The translations under genes and the position numbers were made by a program. Of a stretch of 64,000 bases of DNA, positions 48,501 through 60,739 are shown piece by piece. The stretch is from Macrostomum hystrix (Eukaryota; Animalia; Platyhelminthes). Numbering within the stretch: position 1 is the stretch's first letter; every line of letters begins with the position of its first letter. Where the stretch lies: positions 855,895 to 919,894 of the forward strand of contig CATNEN010000013.1 of the NCBI GenBank assembly GCA_950097015.1. The letters are read 5' to 3'. The notes beneath the pieces were generated by a model that searched no databases, was not told the DNA's origin, and saw only the letters and a program-made list of their open reading frames with translations.

Positions 48501-51373
48501 TCAGCTTGTGAACTATGTTAGTACCGAAGAAGTAAAACATCATGAAAGTAGTCTTCATTCTCATCACGGTGATATGTTTGGCCCTCAGACGACACATGAA
48601 GTTTTACCTGAAGGCGGCTCAACTGTAAGACAAATCGAAGAGAACTCTGAATCTGTAGACTTTGATTTGCCGTGTAAAGCAGAAAAATGTCAACCTAAAG
48701 GCAGTGTAGTTTTGCAGAAGTTTGTTTCCTCGATTACCAAGATCCACCACTGCAAGTATTGTGGCAAAATGTTGACAAAAATCTCGAGACATTATAAAAC
48801 TTCTCACAAGAAGGAATCTGATGTTATGCGCATACTTAAGATGCACAACAAGTCACGCCGAAAGAGGGCGTTTAAAGCTTTAGAAAGTGAAGGCGACTTC
48901 GTTCATAATAGAATAGTGTTAGCAAAGCAAGAGGGAGAACTGATAATTGCTAGGCGGCAAAAGGACGATGAAAACAGTCCGGATGACTTTTTGCCTTGTC
49001 ATACGTGTTTTCAATTCATAAAAAAAGATCTTCTTTACCGACACAAGAATACTTGCTCAGGAAGCCTGCACGATATTCTTGAGGAAGACAGCAATGACAA
49101 TGAAAGTGAGGATTCAATAGACTCTGCGAAGTCAATGCAGGAAAAAGAAAACCGAAGTGTATCGACCAAATACTGCCAGCAGCTGTCACGCCTTCTATTG
49201 TCAAATCCGGCAGCGGGATCGAATCTCTTAGATCCTGAGTCAGAACTCTACAAGACCGTGCTGTCGAAGCTTGCTGCTGACGAGGTTTTTGATGTTATTT
49301 GTACGGAGGATCTTATTCTTCGTCTCGGAGAGCGGTATAGATCAAAGCAGAAGAAGCTTAATCGGCAGCATGTTTCAAGCGTTATCAGAGATGCTGCACG
49401 CATCTTAATCGAGCTTCGGAAAATTCACGGAAATCATAGCTTGAAGCATTTCTTACAGCCACACTTTTTCGACGACTGGATCGACATAATAAGAAAATTA
49501 TCTAAAGATGCACCATCATTTGCACTTCGAGCAGGAAATTTTATTCCTCATCTATGCAACATAGTGATTGGAGACGCCATCCGTAAAGGGGATGATAGTT
49601 TAAAAAAGTCAACGTCCGATTTCCTTACGTTGAAAACCACGGAGTACCATCCACTTGTCACCGCTAAATGCTTGAAAGAACTAAACGATAAAGCATCACG
49701 TCCACAGGACTCAGTGCCTCTGACGGAGGACATCGTCGCCGTCTCTACTTTTATTAAATCCGCAATCGCTAGAACAATTGAGGAGGCAGAAGATGCGCTA
49801 AAATGTAGTAAATCGCCAATGCCTCGTTTGTATCGCGAGCTTGTTTACTTGGTAATGACAAAACTAGCATTTTACAACCGACGTCGCTCAAGCGAGATTT
49901 CTGAATTGGATTTTGATCTTCTAAAGTCCATGCATCAATCCCACACGCATGAGGATTTGCATAAGTACATGTCACCGCTAGAGCAGAAACTGGCTAGCAG
50001 ATTAAAAATTGTCAACATAGCAGGGAAGAAAGGCCGCTCCGTCCCAATACTAATTGAACAGCTTTGCTGGAATGGAATCCTTTGCATTGAAAAGTGCAGA
50101 AAACAGGCCGGAGTCAAGGACAACAACAACTTCGTATTCGCCATTCCGGGCTACGATGAGTCTGTATACCGCTGTTCAGTTGCGATCGACCAAGTTGTAC
50201 GCCTCGGTAACTTGGAGTTGAAGAGACCGGAATTACTACGATCAAGATATTTGAGACGCCACTGCGCTACTGTTTCACAACTGCTTGATTTGACGTCAGC
50301 AGAACTAGACTGGCTTGCACGGCACCTTGGACATGACATAACAGTTCACAGGCAGTACTACAGAATGCACCAAAACACACTTGAGTTGACCAAAGTTTCA
50401 CGAATTCTGGAAATTATGGACAGCGGAAAACTTGGTCACTTTAAGGGCCGAAAACTCGAGGACATTACTTTAGAAGAAATGGACAGTGTGCTACCCATCG
50501 GAGCCGACGAAATCGACGTAGAAGCCTCTGCGTCCGCTGAACAAAGTAAGCAGCCGAAGCGAAGCAGCAGCAACGATTATTCAAACGATTGCTCGCCTTT
50601 AACGGTTGCTAAAGTCAGTCCAAGTCAGTCCAAGAGAGTTGGCCTCAGCAATCAAGGTCCAACGACTGCCCAACATGGCGACAGGTCACCACCGTCCAGC
50701 AAAGAAGACGGCATCACAGACAAGTTTTCCCGGAGAGTTGAAAAGGCAAACGCGAAACATTCAAAGGAAGCTTCGAAGTCAGGTGAGGAGACGATAAAAT
50801 AAAATAAATATCGTAATATATTCAGCTTGAAATCCTATATAAATAGGAGCTAAAGCAGGGCTGATAAACTTTTCGGTGTTAATATTAAAAACGCATTTCC
50901 TGGAACACTCCTGAAACTGAAAGACACTAAACAGTCGGCATCTCTCAGCTTAGAAAACAGGGCATTGTTGGGACATGCAGATCAAAGTGTAATGTGATTG
51001 TATTGAAGAGCACATTGTTAGGATATGCAGACCAAAATGTGTGTTCTCATTGTGTGAACTCCCTGATAGTGTTTTGACGACATAGTGCTAGGTTATGTTA
51101 TTGCTGTATGTATGGTAGGTATGGTATGGTATCTTATTTAAGTTAGATATTGCAGTGTTCCGCATTGCCTCATTACGTGCATATGTCTACTTTCCTTTTT
51201 CAGCAAAGCGGCTCACAGATGAACAGAAGAAGGATATGTGCGAGGCATTCGCTCACTTCATTCAACAAGGCACTCTTCCTGGGAAGAAGGATATTCTGGA
51301 GCTGCGGCCTGATTCGATGGCTAACATTGAATGGAAAAAAAATCAAAGACAATTTGAGGGTAGCAGTGGTTAA
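42550..51373 (+). CDS. Spliced tyrosine-recombinase-domain protein with repeat-exon N-terminal half (11 exons, ~2020 aa)
   Basis: Exons 42550-42779, 42883-42947, 43004-43228, 43307-43672, 44022-44522, 44872-45372, 45722-46024, 46374-46973, 47323-47724, 48074-50782, 51204-51373. All introns are GT-AG with consistent phases (2,1,1,...); 6072 nt in frame; Kozak-like GCCACAATG. Confidence 0.8.
43307..48180 (+). repeat. Tandem exon+intron modules (850, 850, 652, 949, 751 bp) with internal 99-bp (33-aa) repeats
   Basis: Near-identical 349-bp intron repeated five times; module exons of 303/402/501/600 nt differ by multiples of 99 nt. Confidence 0.95.
48074..50782 (+). CDS. Main exon: CxxC-x9-H-x4-H and CxxC-x11-H-x3-C zinc motifs plus tyrosine recombinase catalytic domain
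   Basis: CKYC...RHYKTSH (48751) and CHTC...YRHKNTC (48997). YR motifs: YNRRRSSEI (R, ~49879), GKKGRSVP (K, ~50026), SRYLRRHCAT (~50254), LGHD (50332), HRQYYR (Tyr, 50356-50361). Confidence 0.88.
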
Positions 51374-52379
51374 GGCTCGCAACAATTAGTAAAAGAAGTA
51401 ATTCGGCTTTCTTGCTTTTCGGGACTAATAGTTGCAATTTTCTGAATTAAAAAAAGAGCTATTACTTATCAAATGAGATAAGTTACATGACATCAACAAA
51501 ATGATGCTTCAAACACAGGATATGTGTCGTTTGTATGTAATTTTGTGTAGCAAAGGACTCTGGGTGGACAACATTTGTATCAGAAGGTTTTTTTAAGCTA
51601 GTTTATTGGTCTTGCTGTTACTTTTATATTAGTAGACTCAGTCTGAATATTATTGTTAGTAAGATGCGAGGATTTTAATTCAATGCCCTTTTCACTGCTG
51701 GTACAACAGTACCAATACAAAACAGTACAACAGTAAATTACGGAAGCTCTGTACCTTTTTGGAAAGGAGAAGAAAAAAGATTTACAGCTATTTACATCAG
51801 TAGACACTAGACAATGACCAATAAGGAGTGCGTGCTAGCTTTGCTTTGGGCGGCGGGCGGGTCTAGCTGTCAATATTTGTCATTGTTCTTTTATTTTCAT
51901 TGTAATTTCATTATCCTTTCAATATTGTCTGTTTTTTTCACGCTTTATGCCCAATAATCAATTCATCGTGAACTTATTCAGATATAATCATTTTAATGTT
52001 TTATTAAAAGAAACAGACGAGCATGAGCAGGAAACAATGCCACCTTGCACACACTACTGCTACAGAATGGAATGGATGGCTGGGGAAGGGGCACGGAGCA
52101 GCTGATGGGCTACAGGCACTGCGGCACTTTCGATCCGCTTTAACAAGAAAATAAAGGGAGGGAATTTTCCCCAGCGCGATAAAAAGATTCCTTATTGATT
52201 TAATGCGTGATAAAATAGGATTAGACAAATAGCTACCAGTTTCTATTGCCATGCTACTTTTGAGACTACTGTTGTCTAATCATTTTATCACTAATTAAAT
52301 CAATTAGTATGCTTTTATCGCTTTTCGTGTTTAATCATCAGTGATTTATTATTTTCGTGCTTCTTTGTATGTCTCATCT

Positions 52380-52840
52380 ATTTTATCGCCAGTTAAATCA
52401 ATTATTTCATTTTATTGCTTTCTATGCCTTATCTTCTACTTATCGCAGTTTAATTCAGCAGTTATCATTTTAATCCCTCTTTTAATGTCTAATTATCCAT
52501 TTTATCGCCATTTAAATCAATTATTTCATTTTTATTGCTCTCTATGCCTAATCTTCTACTTATCGCAGTTTAATTCAGCAGTTATCATTTTAATGCCTCT
52601 TTTTTAATGTCTAATTATCCATTTTATCGCCATTTAAATCAATTATTTCATTTTATTGCTTTCTATGCCTAATCTTCTACTTATCGCAGTTTAATTCAGC
52701 AGTTATCATTTTAATGCCTTTTTTTAATGTCTAATTATCCATTTTATCGCCATTTAAATCAATGATTTCATTTTTATTGCTTTCTATGCTTAATCTTCTA
52801 CTTATCGCAGTTTAATTCAGCAGTTATCATTTAAAGCTTT
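52380..52840. repeat. ~120-bp AT-rich tandem repeat x4
   Basis: TTTATCGCCA(G/T)TTAAATCAA starts at 52382, 52501, 52623 and 52743. Confidence 0.92.
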
Positions 52841-53245
52841 TTTTTAAGTCTAAAATTATACGAGTATATTTTCACATTTTTTCATCTTTCATATAACTTC
52901 TAAATATTTGTCAATTCGATAAATAATTATTCACTGGACATTCACAAACATAATTTTTTTAAATATAATTAATTATCGTTTCTTTATATTAAAGTTTGTT
53001 ATATTCCCGCTCAGTTTTTTTCACAATGGACCTTAATCTTTCTTAGTGCAGGACCCATTCGACGCACCAAAAATGCGTATTAGACTTCTATTAGTAAGTG
53101 GAGAGTGCATTTGATCCTAAAATGTTTTAAAACAGTGTTGGACGCATGTGTCGGGACACGTGTGTGTATAATTTTTCGTGTGTCCGTGCAGTCCCTATAA
53201 GTGCCCACTTTTATACAAGTGGCCAATAAATGCCCGGTGCCCGTT

Positions 53246-53338
53246 TGTGTGTGTGAGTGTGTGTGTGAGTGTGTGTGTGAGTGTGTGTGTGAGTGTGTGT
53301 GTGAGTGTGTGTGTGTGTGTGAGTGTGAGTGAGTGTGT
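53246..53338 (+). repeat. (GAGTGTGTGTGT)n 12-mer microsatellite, right flank of the YR element
   Basis: A at 53256, 53268 and 53280 gives period 12; same orientation as 41059-41111. Confidence 0.95.
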
Positions 53339-53596
53339 CGCAAATAGCCATGCATTAATTCGAGTTCCTTGACCACTTAAGTCCTTATAGCCACTGAGTG
53401 AAATATTAGCATACCATGCTAAGGTATAGGATTGAGAGATCATTTATTTATTTGTAACAGTCCATTAGACTTGTGGCTGTTAAACAAATGTTATTGTAAT
53501 GAAGAAAGTTTTTTTATCACTCAGAAAATTCTGGATAAAAAAGGGAAAAAACTACCTTTTTACACGCACTTACAAACAATAACCAGAAAGCATATC

Positions 53597-56500
53597 ATTG
53601 TCCTCTGTCCATCAGTAGCTAATAGGCATCATTCTCCTCTGTCCATCAGTAGCTAATGGGCATCATTCTCCTCTGTCCATCAGTAGCTAATAGGCATCAT
53701 TCTCCTCTGTCCATCAGTAGCTAATAGGCATCATTCTCCTCTGTCCATCAGTAGCTAATAGGCATCATTCTCCTCTGTCCATCTAGCTAATAGGCATCAT
53801 TCTCCTCTGTCCATCAGTAGCTAATAGACATTCTCCTCTGTCCATCAGTAGCTAATAGGCATCATTCTCCTCTGTCCATCAGTAGCTAATAGGCATCATT
53901 CTCCTCTGTCCATCAGTAGCTAATAGGCATCATTCTCCTCTGTCCATCAGTAGCTAATGGACATCATTCTCCTCTGTCCATCAGTAGCTAATAGGCATCA
54001 TTCTCCTCTGTCCATCAGTAGCTAATAGGCATCATTCTCCTCTGTCCATCAGTAGCTAATAGGCATCATTCTCCTCTGTCCATCAGTAGCTAATAGGCAT
54101 CATTCTCCTCTGTCCATCAGTAGCTAATGGGCATCATTCTCCTCTGTCCATCTAGCTAATAGGCATCATTCTCCTCTGTCCATCAGTAGCTAATGGACAT
54201 CATTCTCCTCTGTCCATCAGTAGCTAATAGGCATCATTCTCCTCTGTCCATCAGTAGCTAATAGGCATCATTCTCCTCTGTCCATCTAGCTAATAGGCAT
54301 CATTCTCCTCTGTCCATCAGTAGCTAATAGGCATCATTCTCCTCTGTCCATCAGTAGCTAATAGGCATCATTCTCCTCTGTCCATCAGTAGCTAATAGGC
54401 ATCATTCTCCTCTGTCCATCAGTAGCTAATAGGCATCATTCTCCTCTGTCCATCAGTAGCTAATAGGCATCATTCTCCTCTGTCCATCAGTAGCTAATGG
54501 ACATCATTCTCCTCTGTCCATCAGTAGCTAATAGGCATCATTCTCCTCTGTCCATCAGTAGCTAATAGGCATCATTCTCCTCTGTCCATCAGTAGCTAAT
54601 AGGCATCATTCTCCTCTGTCCATCAGTAGCTAATAGGCATCATTCTCCTCTGTCCATCAGTAGCTAATAGGCATCATTCTCCTCTGTCCATCAGTAGCTA
54701 ATGGACATCATTCTCCTCTGTCCATCAGTAGCTAATGGGCATCATTCTCCTCTGTCCATCTAGCTAATAGGCATCATTTTCCTCTGTCCATCAGTAGCTA
54801 ATAGGCATCATTCTCCTCTGTCCATCAGTAGCTAATAGGCATCATTCTCCTCTGTCCATCAGTAGCTAATAGGCATCATTCTCCTCTGTCCATCAGTAGC
54901 TAATGGACATCATTCTCCTCTGTCCATCAGTAGCTAATGGGCATCATTCTCCTCTGTCCATCTAGCTAATAGGCATCATTCTCCTCTGTCCATCAGTAGC
55001 TAATGGACATCATTCTCCTCTGTCCATCAGTAGCTAATAGGCATCATTCTCCTCTGTCCATCAGTAGCTAATAGGCATCATTCTCCTCTGTCCATCAGTA
55101 GCTAATAGGCATCATTCTCCTCTGTCCATCAGTAGCTAATAGGCATCATTCTCCTCTGTCCATCAGTAGCTAATGGACATCATTCTCCTCTGTCCATCAG
55201 TAGCTAATAGGCATCATTCTCCTCTGTCCATCAGTAGCTAATGGACATCATTCTCCTCTGTCCATCAGTAGCTAATAGGCATCATTCTCCTCTGTCCATC
55301 AGTAGCTAATAGGCATCATTCTCCTCTGTCCATCAGTAGCTAATAGGCATCATTCTCCTCTGTCCATCAGTAGCTAATAGGCATCATTCTCCTCTGTCCA
55401 TCAGTAGCTAATAGGCATCATTCTCCTCTGTCCATCAGTAGCTAATAGGCATCATTCTCCTCTGTCCATCAGTAGCTAATGGACATCATTCTCCTCTGTC
55501 CATCAGTAGCTAATAGGCATCATTCTCCTCTGTCCATCTAGCTAATAGGTATCATTCTCCTCTGTCCATCAGTAGCTAATAGGCATCATTCTCCTCTGTC
55601 CATCAGTAGCTAATAGGCATCATTCTCCTCTGTCCATCAGTAGCTAATAGGCATCATTCTCCTCTGTCCATCAGTAGCTAATAGGCATCATTCTCCTCTG
55701 TCCATCAGTAGCTAATAGGCATCATTCTCCTCTGTCCATCAGTAGCTAATGGGCATCATTCTCCTCTGTCCATCTAGCTAATAGGCATCATTCTCCTCTG
55801 TCCATCAGTAGCTAATAGGGCATCATTCTCCTCTGTCCATCAGTAGCTAATAGGCATCATTCTCCTCTGTCCATCAGTAGCTAATGGGCATCATTCTCCT
55901 CTGTCCATCAGTAGCTAATAGGCATCATTCTCCTCTGTCCATCGTAGCTAATAGGCATCATTCTCCTCTGTCCATCAGTAGCTAATAGGCATCATTCTCC
56001 TCTGTCCATCAGTAGCTAATGGACATCATTCTCCTCTGTCCATCAGTAGCTAATGGGCATCATTCTCCTCTGTCCATCAGTAGCTAATAGGCATCATTCT
56101 CCTCTGTCCATCAGTAGCTAATAGGCATCATTCTCCTCTGTCCATCAGTAGCTAATAGGCATCATTCTCCTCTGTCCGTCAGTAGCTAATAGGCATCATT
56201 CTCCTCTGTCCATCAGTAGCTAATAGGCATCATTCTCCTCTGTCCATCAGTAGCTAATGGGCATCATTCTCCTCTGTCCATCTAGCTAATAGGCATCATT
56301 CTCCTCTGTCCATCAGTAGCTAATAGGCATCATTCTCCTCTGTCCATCAGTAGCTAATAGGCATCATTCTCCTCTGTCCATCTAGCTAATAGGCATCATT
56401 CTCCTCTGTCCATCAGTAGCTAATAGGCATCATTCTCCTCTGTCCATCAGTAGCTAATGGACATCATTCTCCTCTGTCCATCAGTAGCTAATAGGCATCA

Positions 56501-58047
56501 TTCTCCTCTGTCCATCAGTAGCTAATAGGCATCATTCTCCTCTGTCCATCAGTAGCTAATAGGCATCATTCTCCTCTGTCCATCAGTAGCTAATAGGCAT
56601 CATTCTCCTCTGTCCATCAGTAGCTAATAGGCATCATTCTCCTCTGTCCATCAGTAGCTAATAGGCATCATTCTCCTCTGTCCATCAGTAGCTAATGGAC
56701 ATCATTCTCCTCTGTCCATCAGTAGCTAATAGGCATCATTCTCCTCTGTCCATCAGTAGCTAATGGACATCATTCTCCTCTGTCCATCAGTAGCTAATGG
56801 GCATCATTCTCCTCTGTCCATCTAGCTAATAGGCATCATTCTCCTCTGTCCATCAGTAGCTAATAGGCATCATTCTCCTCTGTCCATCAGTAGCTAATAG
56901 GCATCATTCTCCTCTGTCCATCAGTAGCTAATAGGCATCATTCTCCTCTGTCCATCAGTAGCTAATAGGCATCATTCTCCTCTGTCCATCAGTAGCTAAT
57001 AGGCATCATTCTCCTCTGTCCATCAGTAGCTAATAGGCATCATTCTCCTCTGTCCATCAGTAGCTAATAGGCATCATTCTCCTCTGTCCATCAGTAGCTA
57101 ATAGGCATCATTCCCCTCTGTCCATCAGTAGCTAATAGGCATCATTCTCCTCTGTCCATCAGTAGCTAATAGGCATCATTCTCCTCTGTCCATCAGTAGC
57201 TAATAGGCATCATTCTCCTCTGTCCATCAGTAGCTAATAGGCATCATTCTCCTCTGTCCATCAGTAGCTAATAGGCATCATTCTCCTCTGTCCATCAGTA
57301 GCTAATAGGCATCATTCTCCTCTGTCCATCAGTAGCTAATGGACATCATTCTCCTCTGTCCATCAGTAGCTAATAGGCATCATTCTCCTCTGTCCATCAG
57401 TAGCTAATAGGCATCATTCTCCTCTGTCCATCAGTAGCTAATAGGCATCATTCTCCTCTGTCCATCAGTAGCTAATAGGCATCATTCTCCTCTGTCCATC
57501 AGTAGCTAATGGACATAATTCTCCTCTGTCCATCAGTAGCTAATAGGAATCATTCTCCTCTGTCCATCAGTAGCTAATGGACATCATTCTCCTCTGTCCA
57601 TCAGTAGCTAATAGGCATCATTCTCCTCTGTCCATCAGTAGCTAATAGGCATCATTCTCCTCTGTCCATCAGTAGCTAATAGGCATCATTCTCCTCTGTC
57701 CATCAGTAGCTAATAGGTATCATTCTCCTCTGTCCATCAGTAGCTAATAGGCATCATTCTCCTCTGTCCATCAGTAGCTAATAGGTATCATTCTCCTCTG
57801 TCCATCAGTAGCTAATAGGCATCATTCTCCTCTGTCCATCAGTAGCTAATAGGCATCATTCCCCTCTGTCCATCAGTAGCTAATAGGCATCATTCTCCTC
57901 TGTCCATCAGTAGCTAATGGGCATCATTCTCCTCTGTCCATCAGTAGCTAATAGGTATCATTCTCCTCTGTCCATCAGTAGCTAATAGGCATCATTCTCC
58001 TCTGTCCATCAGTAGCTAATAGGCATCATTCTCCTCTGTCCATCAGT
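53597..58047. repeat. 34-bp satellite (CCATCAGTAGCTAATAGGCATCATTCTCCTCTGT)
   Basis: Highly homogeneous direct periodicity of 34. Confidence 0.97.
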
Positions 58048-58892
58048 GAATAATCAAATAATCACAAATAACTGACAGACACGAAAAACACGACTTAATA
58101 ATTGCTGTTATTTACGATATTTTATTACTTGTTACGATCTTCACGATAAACGAGTATTATTAGCATATTATAAAGCAAATAAGGTGAAACAAATACGAAA
58201 TTACGTATTTCACAGTACGTAATAAAGGGCTGGTGCATTTACGCAAAATATAAGATGTGCAACTCTCTACTACTAAATAGTTTCCATGGAGACTGTGACG
58301 CAAGTTACCAAGTTATACAAATACAAAATAGAGAAAAACACACAAGAATTGTGACGCGTGCCACAGTTAAATATCAAGTGACGCGAGTGTAAAAATGAAC
58401 ATTGACAAAAATGAGAGAAAATTATTTGAAGATCTAAAGTCGAAACAAGCATTTAGCACAAGAAAGAATGATCTAGAAATGGCTCCTGATTCTAGAAAAT
58501 GTCTGATAGCTAAATAGAGATTAAAAAGTCCTTTGTAAAAAACATGAAAAATGAAAATATGTCCTAAAATTATAATCCGAAAACGCAGAAATATCCTAAA
58601 AAGCAGGAAAATCCTAAAAAAGAGTCATCTGAGCACAGAAAAATCCTAAAGAAAAACAGGAAAAATCCTAAAAACAGGAAATCCCAGAACACGCAGTGGA
58701 AATGCCTAACATGAAATCTGAAAGCACGCAGCAAAAGCCGCAGGTGAGAAAAAGGCAGCAACAGAAAAAATCGGTCTGAACCCAAGCGATTTGAAGGGCC
58801 GCCAACGGCGCCACGAAGAAGATTTTGAGCAGAGAGAAGAGCAGCTGAGAGTGCTGACGGGACATCGCCCAGGAGCTCCTTGGCGGCTGCGG

Positions 58893-59235
58893 CTACTGGC
58901 CGACATCGCCGGCTGCGGGGTCGCCGGTCGTCGACTCGCACGGCAGCATCCAGGAGTCGCCAGAGTTGCCGGAGTCGCCGCCGCAGTCGTCCTGATCCAG
59001 CAGCTCCTGCAGGCTGCGGATGTAGGCGATGGCGGCCCTCAGGGTGGCGATCTTGCTCAGCCGCTGGCCGTCATCGCTCGGCACCAGCTGACGGAGCCGC
59101 TCGAAGCCCAGGTTGAGCAGCTTGACGCGGTTCCGCTCGCGCTGATTTCGGCGCTGCATCGACGAGGCGGCCGCCGCGGGTCGGGCGACTGCCGACTTGA
59201 CGGCCTCCGAGCCAGGCTGCTGCTGCTGCTGTTGC

Positions 59236-59266
<31 letters not shown>

Positions 59267-59471
59267 TCAGCTGCTGCGGCCGCGCCGGCGGGAGGTTGCT
59301 GCTGCGCTCGCCCAGCGGCTGCCTCGGCGCGCCCGCCGCAGCGGTGTCGCCTGCCCGGAGCTGCTGCAGTCGCAGGAAGGCTGGCACCGGCAGGTGCTGC
59401 CTGTCCGCCGCTGCCGCAGAGGCCGAGGCCGAAGCCGCTGTTGACACTGCTGACACTGTTGATGATGACAT
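58893..59471 (-). CDS. ASCL: Achaete-scute family bHLH transcription factor, copy 2 (intronless, 192 aa)
   Basis: Protein identical to copy 1 except in the poly-Q tract; intact ATG and TAG. Confidence 0.93.
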
Positions 59472-59612
59472 GGTCACGTGTTCGGCTTGCGTTCTCAAAC
59501 TTGTGATCCCTGCCGACCTGCCGCCAGCCACGTGGCGCCTCCTTATCTAGCCGGGCCTCGCCCCCTCCCCCTGGTAGCTCTCGCGGGTCCCGGCCGCCTC
59601 CCATTGGCTGGC
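59472..59612 (-). promoter_or_regulatory. Putative proximal promoter/5' UTR of ASCL copy 2
   Basis: Near-identical to 30681-30821 (CCAAT, GC-rich box, two CACGTG). Confidence 0.5.
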
Positions 59613-60739
59613 CGACCACCCCCTTCCGATACTGAGTTCCAGAGCGGACAACTCCTTATCCCTTAGTTTGACTCCCATTTTTGGCGCGCGATGCCCTCAA
59701 GGTAATCGAAGCGAGTTCTCGTCATCAGCCCGCGATCTGGGAGAGAAGGAGGAAAGGAGCGGCAGAACTGAGAGACAGCGGGCCAGCAGAGTTTCGGGGG
59801 CATTGGCCTGAGAACAAGTGGATCTGCGCCAATTCTCGATTACCCCGGCCTGGCCTACAACAGCCCCCCTTGATAGGATTTTAGAACAACAGACGGTCGA
59901 GAGTCTATGCTCAGTGTTTTCCCCCCTATCCGCCAGTCTGAATAATATCCCCCTAACAGACGCGCGAGCCAGTCAGACGAAATGAAATGGAATTCCACCC
60001 GGCCCACTCGGCCCAATCTGTCGCTTCTTTGCTCGCGGGCCATAACTCATCGACCCTGACAGAAATAGCCTCAAAGCTTCTTATTATTAAGGCTTTGAGT
60101 CTGGTGCCTTTGCAGACAGAGTCGGGATGGGGGAGTTAAGACTGCTAAGCTTTGGCTAAAAAATAGGACTCTCTGTTTGATCCCCGACTTAACTACGAGT
60201 ATATTGCTATATCTATACGTGAGCGGATTCTAACGTTTCTCTGCTTGTGGCAGCAATCACACACGCACACACACACACACACACCAATGTGTAAGCTGGA
60301 AAACACTATGACCAGATGCCAGATGGTCCCTTCATCACTTCTCATAAATAGATTCCTGTATAGGTCCACACGCAGCCTATTTGGCTAATATATCAGTATA
60401 CTATAACAAAGGCCAGTCAATATACATTATTCCCTTTACGTATAAACGCAGACCTATCAATTTGAAATCTGAACTGAAAGTTGATCCAGCATGTGTGATA
60501 AGTAATGGCGATTTATTTATGAAAAATTTATGTAATCCTATATCGAATAATCTTAATATCATCTTAAAATTATTTAGTGTTTCTTTTTTATAGTTAATAA
60601 TTGTTTTGAAGAAACCAGTTATAATATCAAAGGATACATGAAATTTGACAATTAAAACAAAGACATGTGCAGTGACCTAGAGTCAAAGCATGGGAGACTT
60701 ACGACTGCGTGTCCTTTACTATCTTCCCTGACTCATTTC

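Larger units (their letters stand above)
41112..53245 (+). mobile_element. Putative Crypton-like tyrosine-recombinase transposon (~12.1 kb) inserted in a (GT)5GA microsatellite
   Basis: Same 12-mer microsatellite on both sides. Inverted pairs TGCGTCCAACACTG (41200-41213) / CAGTGTTGGACGCA (53133-53146) and CACTTATTGGGACT (41125-41138) / AGTCCCTATAAGTG (53190-53203). Spliced YR gene inside. Confidence 0.65.

Noticed and set aside
30681-59612. ASCL copies as TIRs of a giant element carrying the YR gene
   Set aside because: No TSD or terminal motif at the outer edges, and the YR segment has its own closer boundaries at the microsatellites.
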